64,000 bases of DNA from a virus. The DNA lies in IMG/VR virus record IMGVR_UViG_3300044632_001278; one strand, 5' to 3'. This document shows positions 56,587 to 64,000 of this stretch, piece by piece; position 1 is the stretch's first letter; every line of letters begins with the position of its first letter. Made by a program: the position numbers and the translations under genes. Under the pieces are notes generated by a model. That model had not been told where the DNA came from. It ran no database searches and worked only from the letters and a program-made list of their open reading frames with translations.

Positions 56587-59199
56587 ATGGCAAATAGTAA
56601 TACATATTCTAGCGCAATAGGTAATGATGGTGCGCAAGTTACCACACTTTCTAATATACAAGGTGCGGGTTTATCTTTGCCGCCAAATGCCGAACAATAT
56701 ATAAATCTAAGAGCGCCTGGTAAATTAGAAACATTATTCAATACTAATAATAACAACGAAGTATTATATAGCAAGAATAAACCAACTGATTTATACGCAA
56801 GAGGATTAATTAGCAGCGAATTAGCACCTCCATTTTACGCAAATCCAAATCAAGGTCAACGTCAGAAGATAAATGTTAGCAGATCGTTTCCTATACAATC
56901 CGCATTGAGAGACGGTACCAGAATCAGAAGATTTCTAGGATCTGGTAAAGGTGGTACTTTTTTAACAAAACAAATACTATTACAAGGATTTGCTCCATTT
57001 GACGAAACCAAGATTTATAATCCAGCAAGCCCTCTTTTGGCTGCGGTTAGATTATCAACATTTGGTGCTATAGAAAGACCCACCAGATTTATAGATAGTA
57101 GCAATATCGTCGGTGGTTTAATGGGTGCTGCCGGTATAGGTGGTATTACAAAAGCTATTGGTGGATTGTTTGGTGCAACTGAAGGCAATCCATCTCCGCC
57201 ACGTAGTAGTGTGGCTAGTGCAGCTAGTGAGCCAAAGAGTGGATTGGGTGGATTTTTCAATTTTACAGGATTACTTGGTGGTGGCGATAAAGCAGATCAA
57301 GTAATGCCTATTACAGGTCGAGATGGTGTTAAAGGATTACTAAGAGGTAATACAGCTACTGCTGGTTACAACAACAAACGATATAAGAGTTTGATGAGTA
57401 ATTCTACAGGCAAAGGCGGATTCTTTAGTAATCTACTAAAATCAGCTGGGTCATTTTTAAAGAATAATACGATTCTAGGTGGATTGTTGCCACCTACTCA
57501 ACCAATAGCAGGATTAAATTACAGAGCTGACGAAGATACATATGATCTGATGTTGAATACCAATAGATGGAGTAATTCTATTACACACGACAGAACAAGT
57601 GGTAAGAAGAGTGCTAATCTAAATGTTAATTTAAATCAGGGTAACAATTTGTTATATACAGGCACACAACCAAAATCAAAAGGTGGTTTTATTGGTGGGT
57701 TGTTAAAAGCAGTTGGATTACAACAAATAACAGGAGGCAACAGCAGTGGTACAAGTGGAATGAGATTTTTTGCCACTCCTCTGACAAACATAGTTTCTAA
57801 ACGATTGAGACTATATGTTCAAAGCAATAAAAATTTAAGAAACAACAGCTTTTTATCTGTTACATATTCAACTACACCTGGCGTTGGTAAATTAACAGAT
57901 TCGTATACAATTAGTAATGTTGAAATTAGTTCTGTAGACGGCGCTAATACAAATAGATACGGTGATTTAGTTAAAATAGATGGTGATGTAGAATATAGTG
58001 ATCAATTGTTAAATTATAAACAATATACCGATCCTAAATTATCTGTAAACTATCAACGTACACTTTCAGATAAAACAGATAAAACTGTAGAATATATTCA
58101 AGATTTAAGCAGAATTTTAAAAACCAAAATTGCTGGAAACGACAATTTAAAGTATGGTGTAGATCCTATATTTGGAAAAACACAACAGTATGCCACAGAT
58201 GATGTTGGTTTTAATTATTTAGCGAAAGTAAAATCAGACAGAACCAATACTGACGGATCTGATAGTGCAAATCAATACACCTATACTGGTCGAATCAGAT
58301 ATGAAAGAAAAGAAAAGTTTCCAACTCTATTGGGTAAAAAAGAAGGTAGAGACAGATTTATAAGACCCACCAACAATGTTGACTATGTTAACAGCTTGGG
58401 TGTATTAAATGCTGATGAATTTGCTGAAAAATATAATGATCAATTTAACGGATTGGGTCCTGACTTGGTTAAGTTTTACTTCTATGATATAGTTAACAAC
58501 AGATTTATACCGTTTAATGCTACTGTAAAAGGGTTACAAGAAAACAATACATCTACTTGGGAACCAATTGAATACTTGGGTAGACCTGACAAGTTATACT
58601 ATTACAAAGGATTTACCAGAGACGTTAGTTTCAATTTTAAAGTGGTTGCACATTCTGTTAAAGAATTATTACCTATGTGGCAACGTGTAAACTATTTGGT
58701 GGGTTTAACCAGACCTTCTAATTATACTTCCACTGTAAATGGTGGATTTATGATACCACCGATGGTGCAATTTACACTTGGAGATTTTTACAAAAATCAC
58801 TTTGTGGTTTTAAATTCGTGCAATGTTAGCATACCTGAAGATGCATCTTGGGAATTAATTAACGAGAGTACTGTACAACAACAAGACTGGAGTTATAATT
58901 TAGGAAATATATTTACATTTGACAAAACCAGTATGAAAGGTAAAGTTGCGCAATTTCCAAGAGAAGCGGAAATTACTATCAATATGTCATTGATGGAAAA
59001 AGACAGACCAAAAACAGGAAGAGCTTTGTGGGGAAATGCTCCTGTTGCAACTATGACTCAGGCGGATGCTGGAGAAACTGCTACTGTATCTACATTTGGT
59101 ACAACCGATCTTTATGGCGATAAAGATTATAATGATGTAGCTAATAATGATTTCTCTATGAATATGCGATATGATGTTGACAGACAAGGAAATAAATGA
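56587..59199 (+). CDS. Baseplate/tail tube initiator-like protein
   Basis: C-terminal tube-like segment WEPIEYLGRPDKLYYYKGFTRDVSFNF...PPMVQFTLGD; follows the tape measure gene. Confidence 0.6.
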   Translation: MANSNTYSSAIGNDGAQVTTLSNIQGAGLSLPPNAEQYINLRAPGKLETLFNTNNNNEVLYSKNKPTDLYARGLISSELAPPFYANPNQGQRQKINVSRSFPIQSALRDGTRIRRFLGSGKGGTFLTKQILLQGFAPFDETKIYNPASPLLAAVRLSTFGAIERPTRFIDSSNIVGGLMGAAGIGGITKAIGGLFGATEGNPSPPRSSVASAASEPKSGLGGFFNFTGLLGGGDKADQVMPITGRDGVKGLLRGNTATAGYNNKRYKSLMSNSTGKGGFFSNLLKSAGSFLKNNTILGGLLPPTQPIAGLNYRADEDTYDLMLNTNRWSNSITHDRTSGKKSANLNVNLNQGNNLLYTGTQPKSKGGFIGGLLKAVGLQQITGGNSSGTSGMRFFATPLTNIVSKRLRLYVQSNKNLRNNSFLSVTYSTTPGVGKLTDSYTISNVEISSVDGANTNRYGDLVKIDGDVEYSDQLLNYKQYTDPKLSVNYQRTLSDKTDKTVEYIQDLSRILKTKIAGNDNLKYGVDPIFGKTQQYATDDVGFNYLAKVKSDRTNTDGSDSANQYTYTGRIRYERKEKFPTLLGKKEGRDRFIRPTNNVDYVNSLGVLNADEFAEKYNDQFNGLGPDLVKFYFYDIVNNRFIPFNATVKGLQENNTSTWEPIEYLGRPDKLYYYKGFTRDVSFNFKVVAHSVKELLPMWQRVNYLVGLTRPSNYTSTVNGGFMIPPMVQFTLGDFYKNHFVVLNSCNVSIPEDASWELINESTVQQQDWSYNLGNIFTFDKTSMKGKVAQFPREAEITINMSLMEKDRPKTGRALWGNAPVATMTQADAGETATVSTFGTTDLYGDKDYNDVANNDFSMNMRYDVDRQGNK

Positions 59200-59489
59200 G
59201 ATATCAATTTACGCCAACTGAAAAAAGATATGATGGGAAATTGGTATTTAAGACCACGTATTATCCCAATATACCGGAAACCGAGGACGATATATACATT
59301 ACCGCATCCAATGAAGATTATTTGGATGCTTTAGCCAAAAAGTATTATGGTGATGAAATGTACTGGTGGATAATTGCTTTGGCTAACAACATATCTGATG
59401 GCAAATTGTCCGTTAATGCAAATAAACAATTAAGAATTCCAGGCAATTTACCAAATATATTACAGAATCTCAAACAGATTAATAGTTAA
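59196..59489 (+). CDS. LysM-like baseplate protein (gp53/tail X-like)
   Basis: DYLDALAKKYYGDEMYWWIIALAN...QLRIP. Confidence 0.78.
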   Translation: MRYQFTPTEKRYDGKLVFKTTYYPNIPETEDDIYITASNEDYLDALAKKYYGDEMYWWIIALANNISDGKLSVNANKQLRIPGNLPNILQNLKQINS

Positions 59490-59494
59490 GTTAT

Positions 59495-62359
59495 ATGGCA
59501 TACGAGGATGAAATTGCAGAAGAACCTAGATGGTGGGAAGTACAAAACATTCCTGTTGCATTAATTCGTGAATTAAGACGCAGAAAAAACTCAAATAACG
59601 TTGGTTTTAACTATCCAACCCCAGGTGACCCAAGTGGTGTTGTATATGATTTCTACAATAAACATGGTCAGTACAAAGGACCAATGACTCCGTGGGTACG
59701 AGTTTTTTCAAATGGCACTGGTATAGCTGGAAATGGATTGGTACCTCGTAGTACGATACTAAATAAAAACGGAGAAGAAAAGAGTTATGATGGATTCTTG
59801 TTTATGCCTGGCAGTGGATTTTATGAAATGTATGGTTTTAAACAAGATGGCAATGTATTAAAACAAGACAAGTCTGTTATTGGATATGAAGCTAATGGAA
59901 ATCCACATTATATAGATTCTAGATATAGAAATCAATTTTCTTACAAGTGGCCAAGTACATTTAACAAAAACGGCAAGATTATAGAAAGCGTACAGAAATC
60001 TGAAGTGTCTTCTGTGTTACCACCACCTAATTTAGATAGCATAGAAATAAAAACTAGCAAAGATATGTTGTCGTTTGCTACCATAAAATTCAAATGTTAT
60101 GGATTGGCTCAGTTGGAATATCTAGCACCATTCTTTTTGACACCCAGAATAAATGTGTTTGTTGAAATAGGATGGAATTTGTTTAATATCAATTCACTGA
60201 TTGATTTATCCAGCAAAAATGAATGTTGGTCAATAATACAATCTCCACAAAAAATAATGGATAAATGGTACCAATCGTATGGTAATTATGGTGGTATTAC
60301 TGGAATTGTAACCAAGTATAATTTTTCAACACAAGACGGTACTATATATGATTGCAATGTGGAACTAACTTCTCGACAAGCATTATTTGCTGGTATGCCT
60401 GCGGAAAACAATGTAAGTACCACAACAAATTCAAAGACCGATTCCAATGGCAAAAAAATACCAACAGAAACAAAAGAATATACAGGATTAAAAACGTTTT
60501 TGAAAACCGCTTTACCCAAGTTAAAGCAAGTTGTTATTGATCGTAAAAATTTTATGGAATATATTGCTACAAACGGTATATCCAATTCGGAAGATTATGA
60601 CAATTCTAAAACACAAGAGTTTTTAAAACAACAAACTTTTTATGATGGAAAAATTGAAAACAGAATTTTTATAGGAAGAACAGATGCGCCTAATGTATAT
60701 AAAAAACCAGCTGTACCAGTTGGAGAAGAAAATATATCATATAAATCAACTAATATTGGTGGAGTAAATTACAAAGCTGTATCATATAAAGATGATCGTT
60801 GTGATTTTGATACCAAAGGCGACGATGAAGTGTGGATGCAATTGGATTTTCTTTTTGAAGTTGCTAACAAATTCTGTTCCGTCGTATCAAATAAAACATT
60901 TACTATTAATGTAGATAAGATAATAAATGCACATCCAAATTTAATAAGTTGTGACCCACACGTATTAATACCAAATGGAATTGCTCCTAAATTTAATATT
61001 GGCAAAAAACTTCCAGATGAAAGTTACTTAAATACTATAAAAAATAATAAATTGGATCCAACTGCACAAAGTCGAGTTGAAAATGAAATCAAGTCTGGTG
61101 GATATTTGAAAAATGGTGATCCAAATCAAAATGCGTTTTTAAAATCAAAATATGATGTCGAGGTAACTAATGTAAACGACGAACTTTATAGAGCTGCTAA
61201 AAAAGTCGAAACTGTATTTAAAACAGCGGGTGCTTATAGAGATAATTTAGATACTGTTATCAATAGATTGTACTATGATATTGGTGGTATAAGTGAAAAT
61301 AGTCCAAGTGACAATATATCATTTCCGTTTATTTATGACAAAGAAGTTGTATTGACAGGTGAAGAACTTGTATTATCCGATCCTCAAAAAACAAGATCGC
61401 AGTCAATTAAAAGAACATACAAGAAGTTTAGATATGGTAATTTAAAAAACATATACATAAGCAAAACCAAAGTCTTGGAAATTGTAGAAAATAAAGAAGT
61501 CCAAACTTGGCAACAGTTTGCAAACGCAATATTGAATGTTATTAATGAAGCTTCTAATGGATTTTGGAAATTCCAAATATCACAAGATGATTTGGGCGGA
61601 TTATCTATATTGGATAACAATTATATTGATTTAGGTGACAAATCGCCTAGTCTAAAAAAAGTATATGTCTTTGATGCTGGTGGCACTGATTCCTGTATAA
61701 AAAACATTAGTTTAGATACTTCTTTGACGAGCGAACAAGCTACGTTGACATTATTTCAAGCGGGCATCAACAAACCAGATTCTTCTGACACATCGATGAG
61801 TGCTAAGAATTCAAGTGTGCCTGCTACCAGTTTTATAGATAGATTGGATGTTTTCAATGAAGAAGAAACAGGCACTGGTGAAAGTAATACAGTGCCTTCG
61901 CAAGAAGAAATTACAGTAGACCAAAACCCATTAATATCTGCAATACAAACGCACGGAACAATAGACAAGGTATTAACATTAACAAGTGCTTATATTGTAG
62001 ATGGTGAAAACCCAAATGATGCCGCTAAGAATTACAAGCAGTTGAATTTATCTACCGATTTAAAAGACAAGTTGGGACAAATAATAGACGATCAAGATAT
62101 AGAAAACAATTTATCTTTATATAGTGGAATCTCTCCTAACTTTTCGTTGACAGTAACATTTGATGGTATATTTGGATTTAGAATGTTTCAACACTTTGGC
62201 ATTTCAAATTTTCCAAAACCTTATATTCCTGAGAACGTGATATTTATGATAACAGATGTTACACATTATGTTACAGCTGGCAATGGCAAATGGGAAACTG
62301 TTGTTGGATGTTTGGCAAGATGTGTAGCAGATCAAAACATTGAACTAATACCTGTATGA
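59495..62359 (+). CDS. Large baseplate hub-like structural protein
   Basis: 954-aa ORF after the LysM gene; C-terminal FDGIFGFR...FMITDVTH...WET resembles hub proteins. Confidence 0.55.
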   Translation: MAYEDEIAEEPRWWEVQNIPVALIRELRRRKNSNNVGFNYPTPGDPSGVVYDFYNKHGQYKGPMTPWVRVFSNGTGIAGNGLVPRSTILNKNGEEKSYDGFLFMPGSGFYEMYGFKQDGNVLKQDKSVIGYEANGNPHYIDSRYRNQFSYKWPSTFNKNGKIIESVQKSEVSSVLPPPNLDSIEIKTSKDMLSFATIKFKCYGLAQLEYLAPFFLTPRINVFVEIGWNLFNINSLIDLSSKNECWSIIQSPQKIMDKWYQSYGNYGGITGIVTKYNFSTQDGTIYDCNVELTSRQALFAGMPAENNVSTTTNSKTDSNGKKIPTETKEYTGLKTFLKTALPKLKQVVIDRKNFMEYIATNGISNSEDYDNSKTQEFLKQQTFYDGKIENRIFIGRTDAPNVYKKPAVPVGEENISYKSTNIGGVNYKAVSYKDDRCDFDTKGDDEVWMQLDFLFEVANKFCSVVSNKTFTINVDKIINAHPNLISCDPHVLIPNGIAPKFNIGKKLPDESYLNTIKNNKLDPTAQSRVENEIKSGGYLKNGDPNQNAFLKSKYDVEVTNVNDELYRAAKKVETVFKTAGAYRDNLDTVINRLYYDIGGISENSPSDNISFPFIYDKEVVLTGEELVLSDPQKTRSQSIKRTYKKFRYGNLKNIYISKTKVLEIVENKEVQTWQQFANAILNVINEASNGFWKFQISQDDLGGLSILDNNYIDLGDKSPSLKKVYVFDAGGTDSCIKNISLDTSLTSEQATLTLFQAGINKPDSSDTSMSAKNSSVPATSFIDRLDVFNEEETGTGESNTVPSQEEITVDQNPLISAIQTHGTIDKVLTLTSAYIVDGENPNDAAKNYKQLNLSTDLKDKLGQIIDDQDIENNLSLYSGISPNFSLTVTFDGIFGFRMFQHFGISNFPKPYIPENVIFMITDVTHYVTAGNGKWETVVGCLARCVADQNIELIPV

Positions 62360-62739
62360 TTATAAAAGATGTTGATGTTGCAACCAAAACAAAATTAAAT
62401 CTGGGTAATTTTAACATTAATTTACCAAATACGTTTTTGCCAAAACCACAAGAAAAAGATTACAAGGTGGGTTATATAGAAAGATATCTAGTTTCCAAGA
62501 TCAACTACTCGGAAATAACAGAAGTATCAGGCGACGTTTACAACAAAATAGACTCAAACTTTTTCAGAAAAGCCAAATTGAAATGGAAAATAACAGGTCC
62601 GTTAAACAGTAAGTATGATGGTAAGATGCTACTGGAACAAGGAGTAATTGAGTACAACAAGAAGCAAGTGGAACAAATAAATACAGTGATTAACGGAACC
62701 AACGAAGTTCTAACCAATCTTACTCAGTTCTACAAATAA
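62356..62739 (+). CDS. Hypothetical protein
   Basis: 127-aa ORF, PKPQEKDYKVGYIERY...WKITGP; overlaps the previous stop. Confidence 0.6.
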   Translation: MIIKDVDVATKTKLNLGNFNINLPNTFLPKPQEKDYKVGYIERYLVSKINYSEITEVSGDVYNKIDSNFFRKAKLKWKITGPLNSKYDGKMLLEQGVIEYNKKQVEQINTVINGTNEVLTNLTQFYK

Positions 62740-62744
62740 ATCAA

Positions 62745-62772
62745 TTGACATTTGGTGTAAACAGTATACACT
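62745..62772 (+). promoter_or_regulatory. Sigma70-type promoter for DNA polymerase
   Basis: TTGACA-16 nt-TACACT, 6 nt before GTG. Confidence 0.7.
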
Positions 62773-62778
62773 AAAGAT

Positions 62779-64000
62779 GTGGAGTATTCGTCTAAAATCT
62801 ATCTAAAATTAGTAACAAAGCACAATAATTATCATAATGCTTGTAATGATATTATTGCAGCTTTTATTTATGATTTTAAAGATGGTAAGAAACATTACTT
62901 AAATTTTTCCCACGGTGATTTGCCTGTGGATTGTTCGTTTGATCAATTTAAACTAGATATCGAATCAAAAGATATTACGGTATACGTTAACAATAAAAAG
63001 ACATATAAGTATTGGTTAAACTGTAAATTAATTGATGTTAATCTATTTGGGTTTATAGACAACAATGAAACATTGGATGAAGTGGAAAACCTTAGCAGAA
63101 ATTTTCTACAGCATAGTTACTACAATATCAATAACTTTAATTTGATATTACCATATGTTATACATCAACAGATCTTTGATAAAGAGGTAGAACAAATCAA
63201 ACACTTGGATTCAAAGGAAACTGAGAGTTATTGTTTTAAATTTTTTAACAATGTTATATCTGATACATTGTTTGAAGTAGAAAAGAACGGAATCAAAGTA
63301 GACGTTGATGTTTTTTCAAAATATTTCAAGAGCAAAACTTATAATAAATTTGTATATACCAACTACAACATATACAATCCAACGGGAAGACCAAGTAATT
63401 CATATGATACCATCAATTATGTAGCTCTTAAAAAAGATGATGGGTCGAGAGCTAGTTTTGTTTCACGATATGGACAAGACGGTCATTTGATGATGATTGA
63501 TTTTACAGGATTCCATCCTTACATTGTAGCAAATCTTGTGGAGTACAAAGTACCCGAAGAAGAAACAATATATGAACATTTAGCTAAATATTACTTTAAC
63601 ATTGTCAATGTAACAGCTGATGATATTGGCAAATCAAAGAAATTAACGATGGTAAATCTATATGGTCAGATTTCCAATCAATATTGTGATATTCCTTATT
63701 TTCACAAAGTTGAACAGTTAAAGGATAAATATTGGAAAAAGTTTGAGAAGAATGGGTATATAACAACTCCGATATATAAACGAAAGATAACAAATAAACA
63801 TATAGTTGATGCCAACAAAAACAAGTTGTTTGCTTATATTATTCAAGCTGCTGAAACTGAATATGGAATTGACAGCTTAAGTAAGTGTATTAAGTTTGTT
63901 AGTAACAAAAAGATCGTACCTATTCTGTATGTATATGATTCGATAGTGTTTGATATTCACAATGATGTGGATAGACAAGATATTACTGATTTGATTGAGA
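62779..64000 (+). CDS. Family A DNA polymerase, 3'-truncated by window (absent from ORF track)
   Basis: Hand translation from GTG 62779: EKNGIKVD, YNPTGRPSN, motif A IDFTGFHP, motif B KSKKLTMVNLYG, IIQAAETE, motif C YVYDSIVFD; no stop seen to the window end. Confidence 0.85.
   Translation, partial: MEYSSKIYLKLVTKHNNYHNACNDIIAAFIYDFKDGKKHYLNFSHGDLPVDCSFDQFKLDIESKDITVYVNNKKTYKYWLNCKLIDVNLFGFIDNNETLDEVENLSRNFLQHSYYNINNFNLILPYVIHQQIFDKEVEQIKHLDSKETESYCFKFFNNVISDTLFEVEKNGIKVDVDVFSKYFKSKTYNKFVYTNYNIYNPTGRPSNSYDTINYVALKKDDGSRASFVSRYGQDGHLMMIDFTGFHPYIVANLVEYKVPEEETIYEHLAKYYFNIVNVTADDIGKSKKLTMVNLYGQISNQYCDIPYFHKVEQLKDKYWKKFEKNGYITTPIYKRKITNKHIVDANKNKLFAYIIQAAETEYGIDSLSKCIKFVSNKKIVPILYVYDSIVFDIHNDVDRQDITDLIE

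Noticed and set aside
1-64000. Alternative genetic code (stop codon reassignment seen in some large phages)
   Set aside because: Conserved genes are full length in the standard code, and TAA, TAG (portal) and TGA all end genes at sensible positions.
1-64000. tRNA, rRNA, introns or inteins
   Set aside because: Intergenic gaps are short and I saw no cloverleaf; terminase, portal, capsid and primase read through without recognisable splicing elements. tRNAscan/Infernal would be needed to fully exclude them.

Overview
AT-rich segment of a large T4-like (myovirus, probably jumbo) phage genome, standard genetic code. From left to right it holds: the end of a virion structural gene; RuvC-like resolvase, primase and an SbcD-SbcC (Mre11-Rad50) fusion; a glycosylation cluster (FkbM methyltransferase, GT4, GT4 fused to an Aah/TibC-type heptosyltransferase); tail sheath; putative head-internal proteins; terminase, portal, prohead protease, scaffold and major capsid; a GIY-YIG endonuclease; a minus-strand island (Mom-like DNA modifier, ankyrin-nucleotidyl cyclase, MscS-like protein, spanin-like lipoprotein); neck genes; a 2002-aa Gly-X-Y (G-T-S/G-S-S/G-S-N) fibre with an S74 chaperone; a modular second fibre; tail tube, tail chaperone, tape measure and baseplate genes; and the 5' part of a family A DNA polymerase missing from the ORF track. 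Most notable: (1) a candidate phage-encoded virion glycosylation system with Ser/Thr-rich targets; (2) a shared N-terminal M-I-x-L-x-x-(I/L)-L-x-E tag on unrelated proteins, resembling a capsid-targeting and protease-cleavage signal for injected cargo; (3) a +1/-2 frameshift at a T7 run before the tape measure gene; (4) an (A/C)TATTTAT motif 4-7 nt before many start codons, suggesting near-leaderless late mRNAs; (5) an ankyrin-cyclase. All calls come from motif recognition by eye; no database searches were run.
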